In this document: one piece after another, positions 14,001 to 29,000 of the stretch
Layout of the letters: each line of letters begins with the position of its first letter
Numbering within the stretch: the stretch's first letter is position 1
Source of the DNA: Bugula neritina
Lineage: Eukaryota; Animalia; Bryozoa
Reading direction: 5' to 3'
NCBI GenBank assembly: GCA_964035545.1
Contig: OZ037770.1
Location: 8,128,973-8,192,972, forward strand
Length of the DNA: 64,000 bases
The notes under the pieces: generated by a model
The model's database searches: none
Told to the model about the DNA's origin: nothing
Seen by the model: only the letters and a program-made list of their open reading frames with translations
Program-made: the position numbers and the translations under genes

Positions 14001-17000
14001 ATATTTACCTCTCTCTATATGTTAAGAATCTTACCTCTCTCTATAAGTTAATATATTTACCTCTCTCTATATGTTAAGAATCTTACCTCTCTCTATAAGT
14101 TAATATACTTACCTTCCTCGATAAGTCAATCTACTTACATCTCTCTATAAGTTATTACACTTACCTCTCTCTATAAGGTAGCATACTCACTTCTCTCTAT
14201 AAGTTAACATACTTACCTCTCTCTATATGTTAAGAATCTTACCTCTCTCTATAAGTTAATACACTTACCTCTCTCTATAAGGTAGCATACTCATTTCTCT
14301 CTATAAGCTAATATACTTACCTCTCTCTATAAGTTGAGTCAACATAACTATCATGCTGATATTCTGTCCCCAAATCATTCTCCAGAAATGGTTAAGTGTG
14401 TTTGGTAGAGGACTCTGGGTAGCAATGTAACCTTCCGTAGATGTCTTACCCTATCATAAATATATATAAATTTAGCGTCTCAAATGCTGAAATTAAAATT
14501 AGAAAGGCTTGTTTGAAAGCTGCGCATTCAAGCAAATAACATACTGAGAACTTTCATATCATGTGTGTTGTCTAGACAATTACCAAACAGGTGTGTCTAG
14601 ATACATAGTTCAGCATTATAATTGAGAATTGTGTTTATATTCAGAATTATATGCATGGCTCTTTAAGATGCAACAACAGGGAGAAATCATAAAATATCTT
14701 ACAGGAATGAAGTTAGCATTGATGTAGTCTCCCTCTCCCTTATTAGATGTTAGCTTCACTCTGGAGTGATCAACTAGAAACATTAGCAAATGCACTGAGT
14801 AACTCTTACTAGTGGTGCTACACATACACTTCTTGCTATATAGAAATTATCATACAACACAAACATGTAAGTGTACTGGAACCTATCTTTAATATTTTCA
14901 TGTATTTAAAAAGGGGACTGTACAAACATTTTAGTGCATCAGAAGCCCCTTACTATTTGTACAAATTCTCTTTTCTAAATGTGTGAGCATGTAGTAACAA
15001 GTATACATTATCTAACATTAATAATATCATTCACTTGAAAGAACACACCTGGTTGGCTACCTTACAAACTAATCAGTTATAAGCTCCTCTTTGATATTTA
15101 ATAAAACATCATTTTATTCTGCACAAGAAACACTTTTCATTAATTTTCATTCAGCACAAATTAATTGGAGTTTTCAGAGGCCAAACCTATGCAACAGTAA
15201 ATACTAGATACTTCTAGTACAGGCAAACACATCGTTGTTAAAACTGAATATTTCTAACCTCATACTGTGCTATATGTAAATAATTACAAATATTTGACAA
15301 AAGTGTATGATCTAAACAAAAACTCTCTGCTGAAAAAATTTAAAATACATTTTTATATTCTAGTTTCATAGTTTCATAGTTTGTGTATTAAACTCAAAAC
15401 AAATACATTTAGTTATAAGGTAGTTTCAAGTTATTTTGAAAACTAGCCTTGCTGTAAACTTATGCTCTTATATCCCTGAACGCTGAGAATTCCTACTAAT
15501 CACAGAAACATGACATCTTTTGAATGTTATTAACGACTTACAAGGCAGAATGTACAGAGTTCTGTTCTTCATCTTATTTTCTGGTAGAGAGCCTACATCA
15601 CAGCTGTAGTTGGCACATTTCTCATCTATTTCCTGTATAGATATAATAATATTCTACTTTTATTAGAACAGCACAGGAGTATATATTTTTGGAATACTGA
15701 TAAACACAACACTATAATATATTATATATAAACCAAATCTAAAACATATATTGCATAATATAATAATATATTTGAGCTAAAAAAAATAATATAAAGAATA
15801 CAAATAGATAGCATGAGATACAAGCTTCCTTTTCTGTTTAATAAATTACTTGAAATTCTCTAGAAATTTTTGCGCTAGTTTCCTCATTGGATTCAAGTCC
15901 TTCATGTATTTCTGTCAACTCTGTACTTGTTCTTAGTTGATCAGCTAAATCCTTCATTTCTTTACTACCAATAATGTTGATAATAATATAATCTCCAGAG
16001 CGTACGGGTGGTCATGTATACATAACTTGATTTATTTATTATATAACACAATCATTATGTTTCTTTCCACTATGCTAATGGATTTTTTATTTGATGTTTG
16101 GAAGTGGGTTCATTGAATGAAGAGACATGAGTTAATGTAAACCGAAACCACGACTTCATCCGTACAAGTATGAACAGACCAAGGGAACGCAGTGAAAAAA
16201 TGCTTAATTTAAATTATTACACCCCCAAATAACTATATTTGATAATAGCAGGGTTGTTTAACTTACTTTGTTCGCTGTTGACGACGCAAAATATACACCA
16301 GCAAAGCGAGTACTACAAGTAAGGTAACAGCAACAACCACCCCTACTATTATTGGAATATAGTTGAGCTTAGTCTTAGTCTCAACTATACAGTCAGAGTC
16401 ACTGTATCCTGCAGAAGTGAATCCTCTCACGTAGATACTGTAAACATAAGTATATACTATAATATACTGTGTATATATACTATGTTATACAATGTATACA
16501 CACTATAATACTACAGTCATAGTCTGTACAATACACAATCAACTCACCAATATTGTTGGTTGGATTTGAGTGGACCATTACATAGTCTTGTGTCTCCATC
16601 TTTACAACTTGTATCAGTTCCAACATTAATCTGGGTACTGCTTGCAACAGCCCTACAAAAATACAGACTATCCAGTAACTTACTGCCAGTAACTTGCTAA
16701 CTACCAGTAACTCACTAACTACCAGTAACTCAATAACTATCAGTAACTCATTAACTATCAGTAACTCATTAACTACCAGTTACTCATTAACTTGCTAACT
16801 CACTAACTATCAGTAACTCAATAACTATCAGTAACTCACTAACTGCCAGTAACTCACCAACTACCACTAACTCTGTAATGGGAAGTCACTAGCTATAAGA
16901 AACTTAATAATTATGAGTAACTCTGTAATCGGAAGTCGATGAGTATATGTTTTCAGTTAAGCTCATGATAACTTGTAATACAAACATATCTCAACTCACT

Positions 17001-20000
17001 GATAGTGGATATAGTCAAGTCACTGGTTGTTTTACTGTAGATAGAAATATTAACTTTTGTAACAGCTTCTGAGTACTTTATACTTTCAAAAGAAACATCC
17101 TATCATAAAAAACCATACCAGGTGACACTGTAATTGGAGTTGGTCAAAGACAAGCTGTTGTGTGTAGATTTCAGACAGGTTTCATGCGGAGAAAATGGTA
17201 AATAGCCAATGGGGAAAGCTGGTGCCAATATGATCTAATTTACTGGTTGCCATTAACGGGTTCGCTTTGAGAGTTTGAACTCACGTTTTAACTTTTAGCA
17301 AACTGAATTAAAACTGTTTCAATAGTTATAAAGTCTTCTGCTTACATTATCTAAACTCTAAAGTCATTCTCCGCTGCAAAGCGGATGGCGTACCTATAGA
17401 AACAAAAGCCTCTAGGCGTGCAGCAAAGTTAAATGCAAATGTCATTAGCAAATAAATTTCCTTTTCTGCAAATAACGCACTCTGTGTAGTGGGTTGTTTC
17501 AGCAATGAATTTTCACGCAATAGGACCCGCCCTCGGAAAATGCGTCCAATGAGCCCTACCCTTACTCAACAGCAAATATAATAGTTGCGCATGTAACTGA
17601 ACATGAACTAGATATAACATTTCAAAGTATACCTTTTCTTTCTGTTAGAGTTGGTTGGCCAATCAGGAGGACTTTTTGTAGGTGCCGAAATAGCATATGG
17701 TTCTTTGAAATCACCTTTCTTAGCTTGTGCCCATGAGGTTACACCAGGAACTGTCTTGCTTAGTTTATCTAAATATATTTAATAAACATAATATAGTTCC
17801 TGTTTGCTAGTTGATTAAAGTAAAGCTTTGATATATGTTGAGATATGAAATGCTGTCAGAGGGTCAACCATAATGTATGTATTATTACAGGTAGGTAACA
17901 CAGCGTTACTCTTCAATATAAGTGATACTGTAAAAGTCACTGAGGAAAAGAGTTATATATAGTATTTACAGAAACACTTTAATAACTGTTCAATATTACA
18001 TAATTATTATGGCCTGTCACAGTTTGGAAAAATGTAATAAGATCTAACACAGGGGTATTTGGGAAAGAAGACAACTACCATAATACAAGTACATACATGT
18101 CTATATAGCTTTTACCTTCTCGGAATTGCCCATTAGAGGCTTGTCCAATAACTAGAATTTGGTATTTAATAATATTTCCTGAGTTTAGAGAAAACATGGT
18201 GGTTACATCAGATGGAAGATAGAATGATATTTGGCTAATTTGTTCATCCACACTGAGTTGCTCTTTTACTGCATCGGATACCTGAGAAACTGCTGTGGAA
18301 GCTGAAAAGAAGGAATACTAAAAAATAACAAATAACAGTCAACATGATGTATAAAATATAATGAACACACTTATTTTTATTTTAATTTGCCAGAAGTCAT
18401 CATAAATTAATCAAGCAAAGAGAATACTACAGCGTAGACACACATACCACATAACCAACTGCTTTTAGACCCATCACATAGATATACAGTTTGATGGTAA
18501 CAAATTACATATAATGTACCAGAGCATATGTGACATCACCAACAGTACAGAGAGACATACTTGACTCTAGAGTGCTGACAGTTTTAGTTTCTGCCTCTCC
18601 CCAACCTTCTGGAGAATTCTGCAGATACTCAGTTCTTGCTTGCATTGACACTGTGTACTTCTTATTGTGTGAGAGACCAGTGGTGATTCTATAACTCCTG
18701 GCTGTAGAGTCCACCTACATAGTTCAGTAGTGTTAAACTATATACTTATATACTAAGGCTAATATATGCTCATCTCTTATACTGAAGTTCTCACACATTC
18801 ATCTCTCACCTCTTTAGTTTCTGCTCCACTAAATGGAGGGTTAAGCACCTCCTTCCACTGAATCCTGTAACCAGTAATCACACCATTAGGTGGATTTGGC
18901 TCCTCCCATCTAATGTCTATATATGGTGACTTTATACTCCCACTAGTGTCTATCCCAGCTGATGGGTTATTTAATATTGGCTTTGTAGGGACTAATAAAT
19001 AAGATATTGTTTAACATTAAAGAACACGGAATACTGCACGGTAAATAAAGTTCTAGAAATTCAAGCAAACTCTCTTAATACAAATTCTACATTAAAACCA
19101 CAAGCTTTAAGAATATCTGCAACTGAGAAGACTTGACATAACTGATTTGTTTATTCTCATAATTATGAGATGCTCTTGCCATTTCTCTCCTAGAAGAACT
19201 AGGAATAACACATTTCAATGCTCAGATTTTAAGAATATATTATTAGTTGTAAACTATTAAAACAGTTATAAACATAGATTTGATGTACTTACGGTATTGT
19301 TTAGTTCTCTGGAGTATATCTCGTGGGTCACCATAACCTGTTGATGTTTTAGCTTGAACTGATACTGTGTACTCAGTATAGTGTTCAAGGCCAATGATGT
19401 TGTATTCAAGAGAATCCTAAAGTATTTATTAACTTTGTGTTCATAGGTCAAAAGTTTACAACACATTGAAATATATTTCCGCAGATAAAATTATTACTTT
19501 GTTCTGGAAAGTAGCAGTCAACAGAAGTTTACAGTATGCAGATGAAAAGGCAGGTTATAGTAGAGCAAGTCATAACACAACACTATAGCACAGGAGAGTA
19601 TTCCCTAACATACACTGACGACTCCCACAATAAACGAGTTAAACTGAAAAATATTGATAAAAGAAAAAAAATTAATGTATCAAAGTAATTGGTAAAGCAT
19701 ACGAATTGTGGAGTTGGCTTAACCATTACTAGACAGTTCTTTTATGTAACCTATCAGTAGTGATACAGAATATAACAAAGTGTAGATACAGAGTAGTTAA
19801 ACTATCTTTTTCCTTCACAAGATTAGAATATCTTATGAACCTGTATGTATAGTCTACATCAAGGTAGCTACTACGGTCTCACCAAAACAGAATCAGAATT
19901 GATATTATTTGACACTCACATTAGCTGAAACATCTATTGATGCTGTATGACTGGGTAGAACTGATATTCTGTAACCTTCAATAACTCCAACACCTTCACT

Positions 20001-23000
20001 TGAGACACTGGTCCAGTTAATATATATTGAAGAGTGAGTATAAGACAGGACGTTGACAGCGTCAGGAGCATTAGGACCTGTAACAGTATGTAGGGTATTA
20101 AATATACCATGTGTCAACTAGTGTATGTATCAACCAGTGCATGTGTCAACCAGTGTATGTGTCAACTAATGTATATGTCAACTAGTGTATGTGTCAACTA
20201 GTGTATGTGTCAACTAGTGTATGTGTCAACTAGTGTATGTGTCAACTAGTGTATGTGTCAACTAGTGTATGTGTCAACTAGTACATGTGTCAACCAGTGT
20301 ATGTGTCAACTAGTGTATGTGTCAACTAGTGTATGTGTCAACTAGTGTATGTGTCAACCAGTTTATGTGTCAACTAGTGTATGTGTCAACTAGTGTATGT
20401 GTTAACCAGTGTGTGTGTCAACCAGTGTATGTGTCAACTAGTATATGTGTCAACCAGTACATGTGTCAACCAGTGTATGTGTCAACCAGTACATGTGTCA
20501 ACTAGTGTATGTATCAACTAGTGTATGTATCAACTAGTGTATGTGTTAACCAGTGTATGTGTCAACCAGTGTATGTGTCAATTATGTCAACCAAATTCTT
20601 GAATATTAATCAGCTATCATTCTAATATGACTAAAAAACCAATTACAATGTTATATATATTAAAAAACATCACAACATTTCCAAAATTTCCTAAAAATCA
20701 TAAACTTATAAATTTACTGTAGCACATATATACATAACAAACATAAAATCTAATGGCTCAAAAAGATTAAAAAGTCTACTAAGTAACTTTGAGGAGTGAA
20801 GAGATTACTTGTAGAAAGTTAACATAACAGCTTTACGTTTCTCAGTTGTGGTAGCATTTTCTTGACTTGAAGATGGTTTTTTAGCGTTAAAGGCCCAAAC
20901 AACAAATGTGTAATTGGTGAAAGCAGACAGCTTAGTTACAGTGTAAGATATGGAAGAGAAATCAGCTGACTTTAGTATTACATCATCCAGTCTATTGGTA
21001 CATTCTACGACCTTTTCATCTATTGCTGCCGTGTAGTTGTGTTCTCTTTTCTGTAACAACACAATATTTGATTACCTCACTGTGTTGTGAGTACAAGTGA
21101 CACACAACACAGGAAGGAACTGTTACTCACTGGACAGTCTTCACAGGAAATGAGAGCAGAGCTGACACAAGTACTATTAGAGAGTAGTTTTGTCTGAATC
21201 ACATAGGCTACTACTACTCCGTTCTCTTGCATAGGTTTATTCCAAGTTAACGTGACGCTAGAGCTGGTGGCTCCAGTTGCTGTGAGGTTTGCTACTGGAC
21301 CAGGTTCTTTCAGAGAGTAAATGGAATACATACATTAGTAGATATAATAATCGCTATCATTATCATATGGTGAGCCATGTGAATAGATGAGTAAATTCAA
21401 CAATTTAAAAACAGGATATAGTAATTCAAATGTATAATAGTAAACTAACACAACTAAATACAGAGCTAAAGACACGTGATAGAATATATTTATATTGTGA
21501 TAGAAGTGAACATACTATCTTCATCAGTTGTAACATCTACTCTCTCTGTATAATTACTATACTTGTAGGAGCCAGGTCTCTCTACATCTGAAGCTTGAGC
21601 TCTAACAGTGAAACTGTATAAAGAATCTGGACTCAGTGAAGAGTACTCTTTGAATGTGGTGCTACCAGAAACTGTATCTGTTAAAGTAAAGACTACCTCA
21701 TGTTACCAGATAGATATAGAATACACACTATGTATCACACTAGATGACTCTCACAGCTATATATAAGTAATCTAGTAACATATACAGCATGTATGGCTAA
21801 TGACAGGGTCTATCTCTATCCTCACCTGTTATACTCCCTTCTGGTGTAAAGAGCACAGTCTCAAATCCATCTCTTCTACCAGTTCCTAAACTCCAAGTAA
21901 AATTCAGCATACTGCTTCCTGGAGGTTCCTTCACCTCAACTGATTCTGGTTTGGTTGGAGCTGCAAAGGAAAATAAAGGAATGCAGGTAAGAAAAGTTAT
22001 TGATGTCTAGCAAGATGGAGGGAGGTGGTAGTAAGATTCCACAGTAAAATTTAAAGTGTTTGTGTAATTTGAAAGTAAATTATGAGGAATAGATAACTTT
22101 AGATAGGTTAACACTGGGTTCTCATAAAAATAAATATACACAAAGCTAATGAGAGAATAGAGACTATTTACAAATCTCAATATCCAAGGAAAAATAGCAG
22201 CTATATATACAAATACGAAAAAACTTCAAACTGCGGTATGACGCAATACAGAGCTGAAAGAGCATATTATATTCACAAGGATATAGTATGTAGATGTAAT
22301 CAGACAAGAGCCACTTAGTGATGATAAAATGAGAAAGTTTGCAAAAGTAAATTTATTATAACGCTAATAACGGATGTAGTAAATTGTTAGGAGTGCAAAT
22401 GTTGACCACTGCAAAAACTACAAAAACAGGGGAGCCAGTCACAGTAAAATACAAACTTATCTCTAATTTTCTTCAAAATACTAACAGGCTTGCAAGAAAA
22501 ATAGAACAACTAGTACCAACTAATATGGGTAATAACCAACAAATTTTAAATGCTGACAACCTAGAGCTGGCTTAAAGTCATAGCAAATCAAGTCAATTGT
22601 TAACCAAGTTAAGTTAAAAACAGCAGAACCTGAGCTGACTTGAATTAGTTTGAATAGATTTGCGAGAAACAACTCCAATTATGCACATATTACAAAGCGT
22701 GCTGTGTTATTACATGAATTTAGCATTGGAAAATATCACTATTTTGGTTCTAGCCATTTTGAAGTCAACATTTATTAATCAATAAGAAATAAAACCAAAA
22801 CAACTACCATAAATTAAAATATATCAAGTTTGTTTTTCATATTAAAACCATTAAAATATTTATGATGAACTTGAAAAATAAAATTAAACAATTTGATACT
22901 TTGACCAGCATAGAGTCTGAGCAACAAAACACTGAATATCCTACTATTATAAGTAGGTACAGGTTGTGAATACAAGACATGCGGACACAACTCACCAACT

Positions 23001-26000
23001 GTGTATTTAACCTCATTACTTTGTGGACTCCTTTTACCCGTAGAGGAGACAGATTTAACAACAAACGTGTATCCGTGTCCCTCTGTGAGGTTGTCTATGG
23101 CTAAGGGGCCAGTGGTATTTCCAGGAGTATTAACACTTGTAAGTTTATTATCAGACTAAAACATATTATAATTTTCCTTAGAATGTATTCACGAGATAAT
23201 ATTATCTGTCACAGCTTTTAGTAAATCAATAAAATACAGTAGGAAACACAGAAATAACAGCTGTCAACGAATCTGAAATGAAATTGAATAACAAGTAAAA
23301 CATTGCTATCTCATGTGAGTTTACAGCAACTTACATCTGTGTAGTTGACTTCATAATAAAGAATATCAGCCATCCCTGGAGGTTCATCCCATTTCAGAGT
23401 AACTGAGGTGTCTCTACCTTCTGTTATCACAAGATTCCCGGGAGATGATAGACCTGAACATTTATACAATACATTGTGATTATAATATATATGAATAGTG
23501 AACATATGACTATGTAAGTGTTGAAATAAAGGAATATAGTAATACTGTGGTATAGATTATGTTACAGCACACAAGAAGCTACCTGGTTCAACTTCATTGA
23601 AATCCACCCATCCACTCTGTACAGAGCCAGAAGTAGTGTTCACATAAGCTTGTATAGACACAGTATAGACCCTTCCTCTAGTAGCACCTTGCAGAGTGTA
23701 AGTTCTCATTGTGTTATCTGGAATATCTAGAGGGGAGTTCCTATCACCACACAACCCTGTATAATATAGATATAGAGCTAAAAATGTGGTCATAGGGAGC
23801 TGCTACATACAGCATGCAGTAAATAACAAAATGTGCAATTGATTGGAAGTTGCATTCTCAAGCAAAACAGCGTCATACTTGTAAAATTGGAACAAATGTA
23901 GGACGAGTTTAGAACTAAGATGTGATATAGATGTGCACAACATACTACATGAGACAATTTCCTCTAATAAGGGTACTACTTTTATGTAACTCTACCATTC
24001 TGTGACACAAAGTTCCTACTTTCTTTACAAGTGTGGAGCTTGGCAAATAAATAGGGAGAATATGTAAACTTGTACTTACTAAACCCTCGATAGATGCTAT
24101 TAACATATGAAGAAAGTGCGGAAAATAAACAATCTTACCTACAGCTGGGATACAGCTTAACCTGAATCCACTGACAACATGTGGATCATCATATGTCCAT
24201 TTTAGATTGATGTTTGTACCTGAGGAGTTTGCTCTAATTGGAACTACATCTGATGGAACTATTAGAACAGAAGGAGAAATTATTATAACTGTGGGTAAAT
24301 ATGTTAGTGTACACTATATATTACAAAGCCAGTCAGTATCAGTTATTATGTGTCTCTAGAGTGAACAGTAGGCGAAGTAATAGAGATGGCAATTGCCCTA
24401 TTTACATCAAAGTGTCTACAATAAAAAAACCTCATATTATAAAATGACAGGATCACTGCAAATTAATGGTTAAAGAATTTAAAACAAAGAATTAATGGTC
24501 CTAAAATCAAAACAAATCAAATGGTTTTGATGAGTTTCTAAGTTATGTTTGCAGCAGCGCTATTCGGAGAGAAAATATAGCCCATGCGCTACGGGCAACC
24601 TCTATTTCTGTCGAAGCGCGACCTGGTGCAATAGGCAATACCACCTAGTTAGACAACTAGAGTGGTAGTAACTAGTGTTATACTTATACCATCTAGTGCA
24701 GAGCATGTAACAGGCAGTAAGCATTAGAAACTAATAAAGCAGAAGCTGAGAAAGCATTTTGTGAAGCTGTCTAAACTCCCAGCAGATACTAGTATGCAGT
24801 GTATGGAATATGGTAAGTGAATCAATACAAGGACATACCCATAGTTAGCTCAACACTATTCTCTGGTGTGGAAGGTACATTATTACTGATTACAGTTACA
24901 GTAAATATGTACGTTTCTCCAGGAGTCAAGTTATTTATAGTAACAGAACTACCATTTCCACTAGGTACATCTTCCACAGAAGGAGGAGGAGGGGAACATG
25001 GAGAGTTACATTTAACTTCTACTCTTACAGAATCCCACACAGTGTTAGGATTACTCCATGTTATATTAGCAGTGTTTGTACTATCAGGTGGGGATAACCC
25101 TGCTGTTACATTAGTCACAGGGGAAGGAGCTAAAGAGGAAAGAGAATACGACACACTAACTACAAGCTACAAACACAGCACTACAAACATGTTAGAATGT
25201 TAGTAATGAACACAAGCACAAATGTACATAATAGAAAACTATTAGGCAAACATACTATGATGGAATCTTACAAGAAAATATAAACTAAAAATAGGTTGCA
25301 ATGGTAAGTTTCATTATTGCCACAAAAACAGTATATTGTTTAGTGAAACTCTAAGTCTCAGAGAGAAAAAGCAGGAAACATACAACAGGGCTGATGTAAG
25401 TTAGAGTTTAGCTACAAGAGAGAAGAAAATCGAATAGCAAGTTCTCTAGTTAGTTTTTTACTGAGAGGGCTAAAATCTGGCAGACCCCACTTTCTTCTGT
25501 AAGATTTTATATTTAAAACATTTGACTTAGTTCAAATTTCCCCTATCTGTAACCATCCTAGTGACAGCAGTTTAAGCTGTTTCAGTAGCGACTGTCAACC
25601 AATGATTGGTGACCAAGGAAAAGGGGCTGTATTTCAAATTCTGAGCTTAAACAATTCAAGTTCATTGTACGCTGGGTTACCAAATTATATTATATACAAA
25701 GGCATCTGTTAGGTTGAAAGACATACCCATAGTTAGCTCAGTACTATTCTCTGGTGTGGAAGGTACATTATTACTGATGGCAGTTACAGTAAATATGTAC
25801 GTTTCTCCAGGAGTCAACTTATTTATAGTAACAGAACTACCACTTCCACGAGGTACATCTTTCACAGAAGGAGAAGGAAGGGAACATGGAGAGCTACATT
25901 TAACTTCTACTCTTACAGAATCCCACACAGTGTTAGAATTAGGATTACTCCATTTTACATTAGCAGTGTTTGTACTATCAGGTGGGGATAACCCTGCTGT

Positions 26001-29000
26001 TACATTAGTCACAGGGGAAGGAGCTAAAGAGGAAAGAGAATACGACACACCAACTACAAACTACCAACACAGCACTACAAACATGTTAGAATGTTAGTAA
26101 TGAACACAAGCACAAATGTACATTATAAAAAACCATTTGGCACACATACTATGATGGAATCTTACAAGAAAATATAAACTAAAAATAGGTTTCAATGGTA
26201 AGTTTCATTATTGCCACGACAACAGTATATTGTTTAGTGAAACTCTAAGTCTCAGAGAGAAAAAGCAGGAAACATACAACAGGGCTGATGTAAGTTAGAA
26301 TTTAGCTACAACAGAGAAGAAAATCGAATAGCAAGTAGTCCGAGTCATGTGGCCCTAGCCTAACGTCAAAGGTGGCTACCAAAAGCCATGCCAATTAAGG
26401 CACAGCAGGAACGAGAAATAATTTACCTACTTTTTCATTTCATTTAATTCTTTTCATTTGAATGGTTTTTAACCTGCTGGCAAATTGCAAGAGATTTAGT
26501 CTCAACAATATTTTTTCAATATTTAGAGTTTTATCATGCTGGCCAATTGCAAAACAACTAGTCTTCATATTATTCTTCAACATTAAGATTTTCGTCATGT
26601 AAACTACCCATTCAGAAACTAACTCCTACATATGCAGCAAATGATAAAGTTATTTTGTTTTGAACCAAAGCTTAATAGTAGGCGTAGTGATAGTATTGAC
26701 ACTTAAACTAGAGAATATAAACTAGATCAAAACTTGTACGCAGGCAATACTATGAGTATGACCACACTGATAGCTATAGTCTGTCTCATACTCAAAGTAA
26801 TGATGATAGTTTACTTTTTCAGTAAGCTAGATTATTAAACTGGATTCAATTTCATTACTAATAATCTGTAACAATTTCATAATAAATTATGTTTTGCAAC
26901 AGTGACTTACTACAAACCCAGCAAATTGCAAATACATGCTGAAGTCATACTAATATCACATATTTGATTGTATAGAAGTAGCTGAAATATACCCTAAAAC
27001 ATTGAATTTAACTCAGCAATAGATGATGAGCAGAGCCAATGTAAGAAAATGTCAGGTGCAGATAACCAAGGAGCAAGCATTATGCTACCATAACTGTGAA
27101 GAGGCATTGAAAAACTTGACTTCAGTGAAATTCACCATTATAATTAGTGTACTTGACCTGGCAGGGCCAATAGTTTTTGGGGTCACACACAACAGCTATT
27201 TACCCTATCATGGTTGGCTTAAATTCATTCAGTTATAGTCAGCATAACAATATTTGGTGTATAGTAAAATCTCTGCTGTAAGTTTGCAGGAAGATGACCG
27301 CAATCAAGTTACACAAAAGTTTACTTTATTGAATATAATATTTACTAAGGTATATAAGCTTGTTCATAAACAAGCTTTATTGCTATAATACTTTTTGAGT
27401 GATGCGCTCTATGAATTCTAAAAAATTGTTTCAGTAGCTATAGAACATCGGTTTTCTGACTTTTCACAAACATCTGTAGAAGACAAAAGAATCCACAGCT
27501 AACTTGCCTGTATGATTGGGTGAATATAGAGAGGATGATGAACAATTTACTGTTAGGGAGTTTTCTTGCTTTGCTTACAGTGATGACTTATAACATAAGC
27601 CACTACTCATCTGATAAACTAAAATTCTCAATTCTTATTAAAATTATTGATGCAGTTTGTTATAGCAAAGAATAGTTTTAGGTTTAATAAACCAGTGCAA
27701 ACTTAGCATAAGCCTTTAACTTTTTTGCAATTTCTTAAATTATATGATTGACATCCACAACCCATATTTCTTATACCCATGTACACCTTGACATCAAAAT
27801 TTACTATTACTATTTGAAATTGTCAAATTCTGTGACCCAATTGGTTCAAGCCATGTGTCACTAAGCTGCGCAACAGAAACTACCCTTGAGATTAAAATAC
27901 TGCTAGCCACCAAATCAAAAAGTAAATATTCTGGTATTTTACGTCAACCAACAAAAGTTTTTAAATAAATTGTCTAAATCGAAAACAATTTGGTTTTAGG
28001 AAAATCTCAAGAGTCGTACAAAAATTTCTAATATTAAATTTTCAAATGAACTATATTATATAGCATGATGAAGTAAAATACCAATTTTGTTTTCATATTA
28101 TTAATTCGCCACAATCAGGTCAGTAATGATACTAAAAACGTAAGGAAGTTAAATAATTTTCCTATTTAGCTGGAAACATTTTATAAACATTTCATATGCA
28201 AACACAAAGGTGTGACCTTTCATTTTACAGTAATAGATGGCTTCAAAATAAACTGAATTCCCATATCCTTTAGGTAAAACTCAAAATATATAAGATATTA
28301 TATCAAGACAAATGTAAAATGATTGTGAGTTTGCCCAATGTTCATCATTCGGAATATAGCTTTACAGCAAAAAAGAAAATTTGATAGCCTAAATTCTCTA
28401 GTCATCTATTTTTTCTTAGTGCGGGTTAAAACCTTGCAGGCCACAGTCTCTTTTGTGAAAGTTTTGTCAAAAACAGAAACTTTGCTCAAACGTGTTTAAT
28501 CAATTACTTATATTGGTAAGAAAAGTTCAAACTGTTTTAGAAGTAACTGTCAACTAACATTAGAATGACTAAAAAGAAGGGAGACTGCAGAGTGAAATGT
28601 AGATACTAATCTTGGAAACATCCAGCACAGTTTGTAGGCAGTGATTGATCTATTATGCGGTATGAATTTCAAATCTCTTTTTTAACTAATATAACTTTAA
28701 TGTATACTAAACTAGTTACTAAAAACTTGCAAAGGCCAAGGGTTAGGTTGAAGGAGGTTAAAGGACATAACCATAGTTAGCTCAGCACTATTCTCTGGTG
28801 TGGAAGGTACATTATTACTGATTACAGTTACAGTAAATATGTACGTTTCTCCAGGAGTCAAGTTATTTATAGTAACAGAACTACCATTTCCACGAGGTAC
28901 ATCTTCCACAGAAGGAGGGGAACATGGAGAGCTACATTTAACTTCTACTTTTACAGAATCCCACACAGTGCTAGGATTACTCCATGTTATAATAGCAGTG

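Noticed and set aside
17000-17099. Possible extra exon with a gtgagt donor at 16999
   Set aside because: Exon ending 17633 joins 16652 directly in phase; including the 35-nt or 100-nt version breaks the frame
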